Source of the DNA: Vicugna vicugna
Lineage: Eukaryota
Reading direction: 5' to 3'
NCBI GenBank assembly: GCA_013265495.1
Contig: MU057989.1
Span: 1,069,513-1,133,512 of the forward strand
DNA length: 64,000 nucleotides
A model generated the notes under the pieces. It was not told where the DNA came from and did not search any database. It was given only the letters and a program-made list of their open reading frames with translations. How positions within the stretch are numbered: position 1 is the stretch's first letter; the number at the start of each line of letters is the position of its first letter. This document shows positions 38,136 to 52,500 of the stretch, in pieces. The position numbers and the translations under genes were made by a program.

Positions 38136-41029
38136 TCATATAATTTTTAAAAAACACTTAATCATCACTGTAGTCAGGGCCCATTCTCAACGTTCCAGAT
38201 TTTTTTTAAAGGAGGGGGTGGTAAATGACAGAGTCTCAGCTCCAAGATGTCAGCCAACGAGTCTCATTTTTAAAGGGTCCAATGTGCTACTGGAGGAGAG
38301 GCAGCCAACACACCTGGCCTTCCTCTTCACCCTTAAAAATGGCTTTCTACACTCCAGCCTGTAGACTATACACTATTTCTCCAGGTGAATCTATTGATTC
38401 CAGAGACAATTTAAAACAGGAAATGACAAGTGGGAGGAATTTCAGGCCACATCAAGGGGGTGAGTAACATGTAACAAATGGAGTCCGGGATCCACACCTC
38501 ACAGTCTGCTCTGGGACAGCATAAAATGGCCACTTACTCTGTCTGTGACTCTCTCTGCATGTTCTGAAGGGTGCCAGGACTTCCCATCCGGTAACACCAC
38601 TCCTTTGGCACCCACAACCACTGTTATGCCTGCTGGGTGGCTGCCAGGAAGGCCTTGGATGGAACAAAGATCACAGTTCCAGGAAGTAGTGGTAAATAGA
38701 GGGAGGCAGGGGGCATTCATTGAGTTTCAACCCAAAGCGAGTACCACACCAGGTGTGGCCATACACAGTATCCCCATTGAATAATCCCAACAACCAAGTA
38801 CAAGAGACACCATCACCTCATGTTTACAGATGCGGAAATCAAGGCTCAGATGAGTGGATAAACTACCCAAGGTCACACAGCTAATTCATGTCAGAACTGG
38901 CAAGCAAATTCAAGCTCATCCAAACTCAAAGCTCCTTTCTTTAGCCCACGATGCCTCTCATCCCTTGATGGGAAGCAGTGTGTTCCTCATCTCTCGCCCC
39001 TACACTCTCCGCCACTTAAGACTCTGGACAGGCATCTTGGGAAGACACTTTAATGATGCAACCAGCCAAAAACACAAGGAAAGGGCATTATCCTCCACCC
39101 CACAGAGACCATGAAGGGGACAGAGGGTCCCTCCAAGAAGACTTCTGGAAAGGACAAGTCTCCTATAAGACCTTAAATGAGAAAGGGGCAAATGCCTACA
39201 GCACCGACAGCTTAAGCAAGGGCAGGGCCTCTGGCTGAAGTGAAGAATGCCCAGGCAGCTTTTAAAATTAATGATGGTTGAGTCATAAGAAAGAAAAGTT
39301 GGCTCCAAGCTGATACTGAGAGAAAGGTACCCTCTGTGAAGTGCCTGGAGTAGGCGTCTCCTGCAGCCACATTCTCCATTGTCTCCTTCAGCCCTGATGC
39401 CACACCTGCTGGCACTTTCTTGTGGATAGAGGCTGCAAAGAATCAGGAGGCCTAGCCCAACTGGTTTGAGAGAGCTCACCTAGGCGAAACAAACGACTGG
39501 TGAGGAGGTTGATGAGGAAAGCATTTCTACTCGCAGAATGGATCATGTAGTTGTATATCAACTACAGTATAATGTGAGGGGCGATGGCCAATCCTCAGCC
39601 AGAAAAGCCTCTCTACATTGATGTCATTGCTCCTGAGATTTCACCTTCAGAAATGTCTTTCTTTGGGTTCCCTTCCCCTGGAGAAATCTTCTTGGGAGGA
39701 GAATATTAATCAACTCCCACTAAATTGTTAGGCACAGAATCACAAGGATCTTGAAGGTCACATTATCCTGCCCAGTGCAGGAGTCTCTGACAGCTTGTAT
39801 ATTACATGGATATGGAAATCACAATCCATGGTTGTACAGCTCCTATGAAGTTCTCTACATTAAGCCAAAATATTTAAGCTACAGTTTCTTCCCCTCCCCA
39901 TACAGCATTGGGATCAAATGTGCTTCTTCAAGGTAGTCCTGCAAGCCCCCAAGCATCTCTGCTGAGAAGCCCAGTTCTCCCGGATCTTCCTTGTGGCATC
40001 ACTTTCAGGGTATCCCCTCTCCAGGATACCTTCAGTGGGCCCACTCCAAATTAGCAATAAGACCTCTACCCGTGTGTAACAGAACTAGAGACATAATGTA
40101 GAGTCCCAGTGATCAGTGTATACACACACACACAACCACGGGAAAAGCAAAGGCTTCAAATGGAGGTAACCCAACAGACCTAAGAGAAGTATCAGATGTG
40201 TCAGTTAGTCTCTCCTGGGTGCATGAAGCAGTAATTCCCTCAAGTTATTTCATGCAAGTGGGCAGGCAATACTGTTAGGATACCTGTAGAGATAAGGAAC
40301 AGAGAAACCTTAGCCACAGAGCCAGCCCTCAAAGGACCCTTGGAAAAATTCCCACCTGTGGGAAGAGCAGGAAATACAGGAGAGTGAGGCCACCTAGGCA
40401 CTGGAACTGGACAGCCAGTGGAAATTCAATGTGGCCCAGGCAAGCAGGCCATCTGGTAGACTTCCAGGCAGTAGATATTCCTGAGCCTTATTCCAGGGCT
40501 CTGCTGTTAGTCATCCAGCTCCCCTCTCACATTCTGCATCTTCTCATCCATCTCTTTTCTTCTCCTCCTCTACCAAGTGTGTGGCTGATCCTGCCTCATT
40601 TCCCAGTTCACTGAGGCACGGCTCTCCAAGCCAGCCCATGCAGAGATCACTGGCCACTGAAAAGCAGGAAAGAGCAGAGGAGGCTCATCAGGAGCCAGAG
40701 GAACCCCACTTCTCTCAGGAGATGGACAGAGAGTAGGACCAGCCTGTGCTTGACCTTCATAGTACACTCAGTCCAGAAGGGAAGACTGAGAAGGTGTTCA
40801 TTTCGGTGCACACAGGGAATAAGCACAGATTTCCTGGTTATCATGTCCCCAGATAAAGACTCAGCTTGATTCTAATATCCAGATGGAGGGGATTCATGAG
40901 AATCACCCCGTGTGAACAGCTGCTTTTTGGTGGTGATCAAACCCTGCATAGTCCCCAACCACAAACATCAGTCCCATCATCTGTCCATCTACCAATTCAC
41001 TTTCACTACTCTGTGGCTTCCAGGTTCCT

Positions 41030-41735
41030 CTATTAAAATAAAAATGCTACTTAGGAATAAATTTAATAAAAAATGTGCAAGGCTTCTACACTGAAGACTA
41101 CCAAACACTGTTGAGAGAAATGAAAGAAGATCCAAATGAATGAAGAGCTATACCATGTTCATGGATTGGAAGATTCTATTGCCAGGATGTCAATTCTCCC
41201 CAAAACTGATCTATAGATTCAGTGTAAATCCAGTCAAAACTCCAGGCATTTTTTTTTTAGAAATTGACAAGCAGATTCTAAAGTTTAAGTGCAAATGAAA
41301 AGGACAGCCAACACAATCTTAATAAAGAACAAAGTTGAAGGGCTTACAGTAGCTGATTTTAAATTTTACTATGAATGTTTAAAAAAAAAGGAATAAAAGG
41401 ACTCATCTACAAAACAGAAACAGGCTCACAGACATAGTAAATAATCTTATGGTTACCCAGGAAAGAGGGTGGGAAGAAATAAATTTGAGATTTGCACATG
41501 TTAGCCGATATATATATAACTGGGACATTTGTGCAGTGCACCAGAAATTAACACATTGTAACTGACTGTTAGTTAACTTACTAACTTAGGTTTACTTAGG
41601 TTTACTCCTGCCTCCCAATCGATGTCAGAAACTTACTATGAACAACAGTAAGCAAGACAGTTTAGTATTAGTATTAGAATACACAGATAAATAGAACAAA
41701 AAAAAGAGAGTCCAGAAATAGATCTACACTTGCTA
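41030..41735 (+). mobile_element. Old L1 ORF2 fragment interrupted by a younger, atypical L1 3' insertion (41376-41628)
   Basis: ccatgttcatggattggaaga and ctgatctatagattca are L1 ORF2 motifs; the insert is flanked by ttactatgaa repeats (41366-41375 / 41633-41642). Confidence 0.8.
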
Positions 41736-44012
41736 TTCTGCAGGTTAAAAGAGTCAAACAGGGGCATTTTCTTTGGCTCAACTGGTAGGACATCTAATGC
41801 CCTGTCCTAACTGTGTTTGGGGGCGTGGGGGTGGGCAGCAGGGTATATGCAGAAAAAAGCTTGTAAGATGAGGCAGCAGATGCCAAGTGTTGTACCAGCC
41901 AGCACCTTGAAGTTCAAGTAGCAGGGAGGCCACTTCACACCATTCTGTCAGAGAGCTACGCACCGCACCATGTTCAGAGCCCAGTGATTATTCAGGTGCA
42001 CCCGTACCTCCAAGACATTCCCTCCCTAGGGGCATAGACTACCTGACAAACAGAGCTGGGATGCACTGTGGGAGTGGTTACAATGGAGCTCTGCCATCCA
42101 GGCTTCCGCATGAGAGTGGGGGAACCTTAGTGGAAGACAGGCTGGACATTCCGTACAAAGGACATTCCAGAGAAGGAAGGCTCTTGGAGTAAAGGCGCAG
42201 AGGTGGACACATACAGAGACTGCAGGATGCATTGCTTCCCGGTCACACCCTACAGCAAGGGGCCACAAAATCTCCCCGTTGCTTACCTCCATGAGTGAAA
42301 TCAAGAGGAAGCCATTCCAACCCTGGCTTCTCCAGCTGGTTTCTGGCCTGAGCCATTCCCAGATGGTGGATATCACCAGTGACAATGAGATGAGCTGACT
42401 GCACCATCACATCCCCATGCAAAAAACCGCCACATCGAGACAGCATGACACATGGGTCATAACAGGATGATGTCTGGTCACAAGGGTGAGAAAGTCTGGA
42501 GATAAAAAGAAGACAAAGAGAGGAAGGGAAGGAGACTGGGATGAAGGAGGAAAGAGAGAAGAAGGGGACACAGAGCTGGAGAGGAGGAGGAATGGGCACC
42601 CCCACATCTTCGCACAAGGAGCGCAGGCCAGGCTTTCTGAGACACCAAGAGCTTTCTTGGACTCCTGACCCCAGAGGATGCAATCCAGGCCATGGCAGAG
42701 CTGCAAGTGGTGAGGCCAAGGGGATGGAATAGCCTCTCCTGGCTCGGGCATCTAACAGCTTTAAGCCACAGACCTTGTCCTTGATGCAAATCAGAGGAGG
42801 AAAGGTGAAGAACTATAACAAATACCAAGGGGAAGATTTTGCAAAGAATTCTTTTTCACTGTCACTACTTAAGTGCTAAGACTCTGAAGCCTGAGAAGCA
42901 ACACTGTCTTCTCCCTAAGCAATCAGAAACAAACAAAAGGAGAACTCTCTGTACTTGGTAAGTCTGCGTTGGTGTGGGCCCACACACGGCAGAGCCCCGC
43001 GCAGGGGCTGGGCCGAGGTGCGGGGATCCTTAGCAGGGCTGCACTCCAGATGGTGCCGGCGTGGGGACGGAGGGGGCTGCTGCAGAGAAGGCAGAAAACA
43101 AACCAGGAGAGGAGCCTGCTCCAAAGAGAGCCACAGGAGCAACATGTGAGGCGGGGCACACCTCTGCAGCTCAGGCAGACACAGGCCCAATGCAGGGGGT
43201 TGCATCCATGTCCGCCGGCTGGGCTCCTCCTTAGCAGTGAACCCTCCGGGACTGGAGGCTGTTGGCTGGGCCAGACCAGATGTGTGCGGCGCGGGTGGAA
43301 CACTCACAGGCAGGGCAGAGGGGAGCTCTGGCTCTGCTGGGAGCTGGCCAGGCAACCCTGGGCCAGGCGCTTCCTCTCTCGGGATCCGTTTCCTCATTCT
43401 GAACAGGATGGTGGGTGGAGGGGTGACACGCTTTTCTGGTGATGTCCAAGACCTCCAGAAGCAGCACTGCTGGAAACGAGGAGCTCAACAACCATCTACT
43501 CCAAACTCCACCGAAGTATGTATCGAGCACCTCCCACCTTAAGCTATTTGCCATTTTCCTCTGGCTTTTCTCAGACCCTTATCTTTCTTCCTGGACCAGG
43601 AAGTGAGCTGGCAAGGGGGCACCCTCCAGATTCACTGAGGAGACACCCGTGGAGTTGGGTACACACAGAGCCACGCCTGGGAAAGCTCTCTGTACACAGG
43701 CAAGTATGTGACTTAAGCCCAAAGGTGCTCAGCCTGAGAAAGCCCAGGGTCTTGGCAGGGTTTGCTGGCTGCCTGGGGGCCAGCCTCACGCTGAAGTGAC
43801 ATGTCCAGGGCCGCCCACCACCTCAGGTGTCTTCTCTTCCAATACACCAAAGCCGTGACTCCCACCCTCATGCCTGAGGCTCCAGTTAGACTGATGGGAC
43901 AAATGAGACAAACCAATAACGAGCCTTTCAGACTGCTGAAGGCACAAGGGGAGTGGCTGAGGTGCGGGAAGTGGGAGGGCACTTTCTCAGACCCAGTGGA
44001 ACACAGCTGCTT

Positions 44013-44051
44013 ACCCCATCCCTGATAAGACCCCATCCCTGATAAGACCCC
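44013..44051. repeat. 17-bp tandem duplication (accccatccctgataag x2.3)
   Basis: Directly visible. Confidence 0.9.
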
Positions 44052-44749
44052 CTCCCCAACCACGACATCCCCTGGGGCAAGGGGTGAGGCCCAGAGACAC
44101 CCCAGGTGGCTGACTCTTCCCTAACTTTCTATTTCTGCCAAACACACAGGTTTGTTTGCCCAGGCAGATGAAATGAAGCTGTTTCCTGGGTCAGAAGAAT
44201 CTAAGGAAGACTCTTAAGACAGAATGAGACTGAAGGAAGAGGAACCAATTTGGAAAAGTGAAGGAAGGGGGAGGGGGACTGAAAAATCTGGGTAGAAATG
44301 TCAATTCACCCAAAATTTGTAATTCACTCCTGCTCAGGGGAGTTGGCTAATGAAGTAGTGACATTTGCTCTCATCACTGTTGCTGTTTTAGTTAGTTCAC
44401 CTTTCAAAAGGCAGCATCTTAAAAACAGCCTTCTTGGGATATGCTAAGTATGTATAAGATTCATGCATTAAAATTGCACAGTTCCGTGGTTTTTTAGTAG
44501 GTTCACAGAGTTGTGAAACCATCCCCACTATCTAATTTTAGAACATCTCATCACCCCAAGAAGAAATTGCATACCCATTACCGGTCACTCCCCATTCTGC
44601 CTCTCCCCACCACCAAGGCAACCACTAATCTTCTTTCTGTCTCTGTAGGTTTAAAAGATTGCATTTTGCCCCTTTAGGTACATTTCCTACAGTTAGTATA
44701 TGGCCTACATCAGACGGCAGGGAGGTCTTAAGATCTCATGACTCATATA

Positions 44750-45560
44750 AAAATGGCCAACAAGGAAAAGATGCTCAACATCACTGATCATTAGAGAAAT
44801 GCAAACCAGAACCACAATGAGATATTACCTCATACTCATTAGGATGGCTACTATCAAGAAACAGAAAATAACAAGTGTTGATGAGGATGTGGAGAAACTG
44901 CAACTCTTGTGCATTGTTGGTGGGAATGTAAAGTGGTGCAGTCACTATGGAAAATAATATGGTGGTTCCTCAAAAACTTAAAAACAGAATTCCCATATGA
45001 TCCAAAAATTTTGCTTCTGGGTATATACTCAGAAAATTGAAAAAGGGTCTTGGAGAGATAGTTGCACATCGATGTACATAGCAGCATTATTCACAACAGT
45101 CAAGAGGCGGAGGCCACTCAAGTGGCCATTGACAGATGAATGGATAAGCCAAGTGTGGTACATACCTACAATGGAATATTATTCAGCCTTAAAAAGGAAG
45201 GAAATCCTGACACGTGCTACAATATGGATGAAACTTGAGGACATTATGCTACGTGAAACAAAATAAGCCACTCACAAAAAGACAAATATATTGTATGATT
45301 CCACCTAGATAAGGTACTCAGAGTAGTCAAATTCATAGACAGGAAGTAGAAGGGTGGTTGCCAGGGGCCGAGGGCGGAGAAACGGCAATCAGTATTTAAT
45401 GGGGACAGAGTTTCAGTCTGGGAAGATGAGAAAGTTCTGGGGGTATATGGTGGTGGTGGCTGCACAGCAAGGTCAATGTACGTGTTAACACTGAACTATA
45501 CACTTAAAAACGGTTAAGATATAAATTTTACATCATGTGTATTTTACAATTAAAAGCAAA
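44750..45560 (+). mobile_element. L1 (L1MB-like) ORF2 end and 3'UTR; a separate antisense L1 3' piece lies at ~44460-44650
   Basis: ORF track [10 protein letters not shown]...WYIPTMEYYSALKRKEIL is L1 ORF2 C-terminus-like. Confidence 0.85.
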
Positions 45561-48500
45561 AAGATCTCATGACTGATACCAAAAGGCTTAGGCCAGGGAT
45601 GCCTTTCTTGTGACACACAAAAGCCTACTTTTCTTCCTTTTAAAAATAAAATAAAATGTTTTATTACACGGCTAAGCATAGGCAATGTTAGCAAATATCT
45701 TTAAAATGTTATTCACAGAGTATGTTTTAAAAAAAATAAAGCACTCAGGCACGATTTGTTCCTTTTTCAATTAGTCCTTAACTATTAATTAGCACGGGCT
45801 TAATCAACACTTTTTGTAAGGTTGCATTTACCAAATGCTTAATATACAAAGAAAAAGGCCACGCACATAACCACGCATTAATTCACATACTCTTCCGACA
45901 CTAGGAAGTAGATCCTATTTCTGATCCCATTTCACAGAAGCAGAACAGAGGCTCAGAAATACTAAAGAACTTGCCCAGAGACCCAATCCAGTATTCTGTA
46001 GCCAAGACCAGTGCTAAATGCTACTTCTATTAAAGGACATCAGCCCTCAAGAAACATGAAAACATCTACTCTCTCACCCACTGCAGGCCTGTTAAAACAA
46101 ATTCACCCCAAAACCCTTTTTCTTAGCAGTTCTCTACCAATAGCTTACCAGTTACCTCCCAAGAATAATTTTCTAAAAGCCTGCATCCCTTACAACAAAA
46201 AACTTCAAAACATTCAGTCAAGCACTTTTTGCATTATGATGATGTCTTAGCTAACTCCTACCTTCTACCTCTTTTAAGGCCTCTCCTGTAAAACTGGACA
46301 ACCCATGAAGAAAGTTTTTGGGCTAAGGACCAAAAACAAAACAGATCCAGGTCTTTTATGTAGTTCCTCCCAATCCTTGCTCTCCATCACCACCACCATC
46401 TCTACACAATGTCTCTAGTTCATCATGAAACATGAAAGTCACTCTGGTAACAATGAGATGTTGACCATCTGTCTGGTTTGGCAGGAGAGACATTTGGAGG
46501 AAGCTCCTTTTGATGAAGTTGGTCCCTCCCACAGGCCAGGCTTCCAACAGCCAGGGTTTGTGTTCTGTGAACCCAACTGGTCTCTGCTGTTTGGACTAAG
46601 GGCGGGTCTCTAGAACATACTTGGAACCAGGACTAGCAGATCTTCATGGAGTCTTGGCTGGTCTCTTGAGTGAAGGGAATTACATTCGAGCAAATCAGGA
46701 TGGCCATGGCCCTTTTCTGCCTCATGTGTGGACCAGAGGCAGGGACAGCCAACCTGCCACCACGCTTGTGGAAGCAAGCGCACCGTGACGCTGCCTCAGT
46801 CCCTGATGGCTGCCCAGCTCCTGGGTCAAGTCCCTTCCTGAGACCCAGTCTCCTCCTGCCCTTTGACCTCATGCTATATCCCTGAATCTTTCAAATAAAT
46901 TCTACTCTTTGGCTTAAACTAACACCAGGTGATTTCTGAGCACGTATTAACAGAATCCTAACTAACACTGTGATGGACTCATTTCCTCACCATTTGTTGT
47001 GTCATCACTGATTTATTTTTTTCCTATTGTGGTCAGATTCAAAAGAGAGAAAGGGCTCTCCAGCACAGCATTACCCATCTGCCTCCACACCAGGAAAGCT
47101 CTCCATACCATTCAGACCGAAAGGAGGCCCCCATCTCCCTAGGCGCCTCTCGAAAATGTGCAATAATAGATCATGGAACAGAGTCCTGGTTGCCAGGGAG
47201 AGGTAAGGTGGTTGGATGAACTGAACAATGACATTTAAATGTATTCAACGTTAATGCTGCATTTGTCTGCAAAGATGAAAACAGAGCAAAAAAGTTTCCT
47301 TGGCTAAAAACAGAGCTTTTTTTTTTTTTTAAGAAAATAGTTAGGGTGGGGCCAAGGGAAAGACATCGATTGGGAGGCAGGAGTAAACCTAAAGGAAAAA
47401 ACTAACACAACATTGTGAATCAACTATACTTCAATTTAAAAAAAACTCTAAAGGGAAAACAGTGTTCGGCAGACATGCCCTTGAGACTAGGCAAGAAGAA
47501 ATGGTCCCTATGAATCCATCAAGATGCCCAAGGCAGGGAAGGAAAGCTAAAATAAAAAATTCTTAGTCTTAATTACAGAGAGAGGCAGAAGGGCTGAGAG
47601 TCATGCTCTCAGATCAAGGTAGCATTACCTCCCTCGGTTCAGACTGGAGGGCTCACAACCCGTAAACACACCGGGCTCGTTCCAACCTGCACGTTGATGC
47701 TCAGCCCTTCCCCTGCCGGGAAGGCCTTGCCCTCTCCGGTCTGCTTAACCCAGCCCCACTCATCCTTTAACGCCCGCATCACCCACCCTGCCAGCGCCTG
47801 CCCTGCCAGATGTCCCTCTCAACCAGACCCCCGAAGCACAGAGAAACACGGCTGGAACGGCCCTCAGAGAAAACATCCGACTTGGCCCTACCTCCCATTA
47901 AAGTTCTCAATGACAACAATTTCCGTGAGTGTGTTAGCTTGTTGAGATTGTATAAGTCTTCAAAAACAAGGTGAGGACAAAATGGCAGAGAAGTTCCATC
48001 CTGCTGTGGGCGGCAGAGTCCCAGGAGCGTGGAGGAACCACGGTGAAGAGGCAACGTGGAAGAAGGTGACACATGCACTACCTAGTACTCCAGGCCATGT
48101 TTACAGAAAGGGAGCTTACGGTTAGAGCGATCCCATGTTTTCCATCACGGCGCCTTCATAATCACTGTCCACTGGAAACAGAATGGGGAGAGAAAGACAG
48201 GGAAGGAGAAATATGAGTTACCAGGAATCCAATTATTTATCAGAAGTGGTGGTCCAGAGGAGTACTGGGGGCAGGTGCCATGACTCCCAGTCCGAGTACC
48301 AACATCACAGCAGGACCCATCTGTGTGACCTCTGGGTCAGAGTCAAGCAAGCCTGAAACCGAAGCTGCCCAGACACTCAGCAGAGAAGCGTTTCTGTCAT
48401 CAGCTCCCTTGCTACCGGTGGCTGGTGGTGACCCCTCCCCTCCCCCTGCCCCCTCCCCCACTTGGATCTAGCACCTGCAGAGTTCTTAGCTATTCTTAGG

Positions 48501-49101
48501 CCTTAAACCAGTTAACCAGGTATCAAGACTGGTAGCCCTGCCCACTCCTTGCAGAGAAAACCAGCTTATCTGAAGGTAAAGGTTATAGATTAAAAGAGCC
48601 CGGGGACACTGAATATTTGAAATCCACACAGAAATTGGTATCCTTCCTACATGCCACTGGATTAGCCCTTGGGTATATTTCTATTAATGATGCCACCAAC
48701 CTCCCCCTCTCCAGGACTCCTAATAGATTCTTCTCTTTCCTTTGCCCCACAGCAAAGCCAAGAACTTTGTGCTTTACCTCCCCTAAAGCTGTTTACTACC
48801 CTCCTCCTCCCTCCCAAGACAGCAGAGTGGAAAAAGGAGGCTTTGGAATTAGACGGAGCTGCCATCTAGTAGTGGTGCCTTTTTTTGTTTAGCTTCAGTG
48901 TTCCCACTAATAGAATGAGGATAATGATAACAATACCTACTTTATAGCTGTGATATGAGCATGAGGGTGACATTTGTGGAAATGCTGGGTATGCTGTTTG
49001 CCACATAATAAGTTCTTGCCATACCGTACTTCCTGCCTCTCTTCCACCACCACTGCCAATGCCTGAGGTCAGCCCCTCGTTACTTCCTTTCCACTAAAAG
49101 A

Positions 49102-49575
49102 TGTATGGTGGGCAGAATCTTAAAACTCTCCCTCCAAGATTTCCCATGTGAATCCCCAGGACTGTGACTTCATTAGCACATAGCAATGGGAATTCTGCAC
49201 ATGTAATTAAGATTACTAATCAGTTGACTTTGATTCCAAAGGAGATTCTCCAGGTGGGCATGACCTAATCACATGAGTCCTTTAGAAGCAGAGGGTTCTC
49301 CCCAGCTGGTAACAGCAGAGGAAGTCACAGATTCCAAACACCAGTGGGAATTGAGGTGCCACTGCTAGATTGAAGATGAGGTGGGGGGGTGGGGTAGTTA
49401 GGCACATGGGAGAGGCAAGAGGGTGTCCTCTAGGAACCAAGAACAACCCCCAGCTGACAGCCAGGGAGCCCTGCCTGGACTTATGACCTGTAGATCTGTG
49501 AAAGCGCTGCAAGGATGCTGTTTCCAGTGGCTACGTTTGCGGTTATTTGTTGGGCAGAAAAGAAAAACAAATACA
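49102..49575 (+). mobile_element. MaLR (MLT1D/E-like) solo LTR
   Basis: tgtatggtgggcagaat ... gtaattaagattactaatcagttgacttt ... cccagctgacagccag ... gaaaaacaaataca. Confidence 0.7.
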
Positions 49576-52500
49576 ATCGCCTAACTGGGGCCAGAAAAGG
49601 AGAGAAGACAATTTGGGGGAAGAGGTGAATCTCAATCATTGACTTTGTCCTCTTCACATATTTCCACCTCTTCTCGAGCCTTTGAGGATTCTCTGCTCTG
49701 CCCTCCCGTGTCAGTGACTGTCCACCACTCCCATCCCTGTGCACATGCTGCCCACCAGCAGGGAGCCTCTGCTCTATGGTCTTCTGGTCTTCTCAACGCT
49801 AGGCTGAGTGCTTCCAACACAGAAGCCACAACCTGACTTTCTCCACATTTCCCAAAGCACCCAGTACAGGGCCAAGCACACAAAAACACTCACAAATATT
49901 TTTGCATTAAGCCTGTTTCTTTCAGCTCCAGCGACCAGCGAGGTCAATGAAGGGCTTCGGAACCTAGCTGGCAACAGAGACACAGAGAGCCGCTCCCATG
50001 AGACTCTGGTCTCACAGGCTCCTGGGATTAACAAAGCTCCAAGATGGGGATACTCTTTTCTGAAGCTTGACCTTTCATTAACACGGGCCAGTCACATTTT
50101 CAGACATGAGTTGAGCTACCATTTCTCTGAATCATGGTCTGTTTTTTCGTTTTTGTTTTTGTTTTTAACGTTTGTCTACACCTGGAATTTGCAAACACAA
50201 AGGAAGTGAGGATAAAGATGATGAGAGATCTTACACAATGCACTACCTGCATTTTGTTCAATGATAAATTTATTCAGATGTCCACCATGCCTCCTGGAGG
50301 TGGAGAACTAAATCAGAGAAGCCCCAACCCTGGAGCTTGAATCCAAGTCTCCCCTGAGCACAGAGGTCATGGCAGAGTCTTTGACAGTCTGGAAACCCGG
50401 AGACTGAATTTCTTCAAGTCCTTAAAATGAGTGACAAAAAACTAAGGTCTTCTCCAAGCAGGCAGTGGGTGGGGTTCCCTCCTGCATTCTATCTCTCCTT
50501 TGGTGCCCCACCCTGGACTCCAATAACATGCATATGATGTCACTGTCTACATGTGCAACAGCCTTGGCAAATTTCATCCAGAGCCCTCAAGCACAGATTA
50601 AAAAGTAAATCCATAGCATTTGGACAGACCTTTACAGTTTACAAGGCACGGTCAAATTCTTCATCTCATTTGACCCTCCCAGGAGCCCTAGGAAGTGGGT
50701 GGAATAAAGATTATTATCTCTGTTTTACAGATGAGGAAACTGAGGCTCAGAGAGTTGAACTGATTTACCCAAGGTCACCTGGTTTAGAATCCAAAAAACC
50801 ACAATCTTGCCTCTCTACCTCCTTGGATCTAGTCTTTTGGGCTTAAATGGGAACTCAAATGGAGAGTAGCTAAGCTCTTCCCAACAGGCCTTAGTGGCTG
50901 GCGATTTGAGTTTTGTTACAGAAAGAATGAAAGAGGAGTAAGGATCAGGAGTAAGAGGACACCTAATATTCCAGTAACACTTTATACTTTTCAAAGAACT
51001 CACGTATTTCTTATCTCATTGGGTTCACAGAACAATCCCATAAGGTTAATAAGGCAAGTATATTGTCACCAGAGACTGGCCCAGAACTAGTCCCCACCTC
51101 TTCTGAACCAAGACTCTTTCTAGAAGCTAAGAGAGGGCATTATTGAAACTCGTACCCAACTTTTGTCCCTTTGGTCCTGAGGGTCAAGACCAAGAGACGA
51201 TTGGATACCCCTCTCTTGTGTGTCCACACAAGTCCAATTACAATGACCTTTCATCTCACTGTTCCTCTGCCAGAAGTAAGTCCCAGAAAGCAGGCACCTC
51301 CCCCTTCTGGTTTCAGGATTACTTTTACACAAATGATTTTATAAAACTGATACTCCAGGGAGAATGTTATCTATTAAATTGCTTTTCACCCATTTAACGG
51401 ATGTTTCAGAGCAGGGTACCACTCTAGGCTAGTTACCAGGACTCAGAGGAATGAGTCAGACACATTCCCAGCTAACGAGAAGCTCACAATGTAGCAGAAC
51501 TGATGAAAACACTGATAAACGACGAAATACTTGACATTCACAAATATATAACAAGATGGAATAAAAGTCACAACAGAGTTATAAGCAAAGGACTTTAGAG
51601 GATCAGCAACAATTCCTCTTGCTGGAAGAAAAGTGCCTTTCTGAAAAAAGGAAGCATTTGAGCTGGGCCTTGAAGGGTGAATTGGAGAATCTGGACAGAG
51701 AGATGTAGATGGATGGAAACAGCGTGAACATTGGGGAAACAGGGACAGAGCCCCCTGCGAGAGAAGCATAGAGTCCACTTGGTCCCCAATTTCACACCAA
51801 GGCTGCTTGGGATCCAGCTTAGACTTTCAGCTAAATCTCAGCTGGATCCTGCCCCTAACTGAAGGGAACCCAGGAGACCCAGACCACCTGCTCCTTCCTT
51901 TCCCCGGTTCCCTGGTACTCACAGCACATCCCACCAAATCTTAGCTGCCCTCTTAACCACTCCCATTTTCTGTTCTCTATGTGTGTTTTGCTTTCCCAAC
52001 TAGATTAGAATACCAGTCTCCTGATTCCTTGAGAACACAGCCAGGGGGGTTCCTGTATCCTATCCCAGCCAGCATGAGGCCAGGCACACCATAGGTACCA
52101 AAATCCTTTCGGTTGACCGGTCGCTTCAATCTATAGGTCCAAGAATCACGAGATGACAGATAAGGGATTAGGAGAAGACATGCTCTTCGGTTTTAGGATT
52201 ACATTTTATAGAACTGAGTTAAATTTAAATCAAGGGGCTCAGACTTTCTGGGTCACCCTGTGGGACTGCCCTGTATTTCCTGTCTTTCGCCTTCTGCCCT
52301 CTCTTAGACCAAGTTTCACAGGTCCCTTTCATCCATTTTTCTAATTCTTGCTTGTTAGCACCTTCCAATGAGACGTGGTGTCTCATCCTTCCTCTTGGAA
52401 CGAGTAACGGGAATGATGGCGCAGTTACCACGGCCAACCTGGAGACTCGAGGTCCAAAGCCTACGGAGAGAGCAGAGTCAGGGCCGGAACTGGGAGTCGA

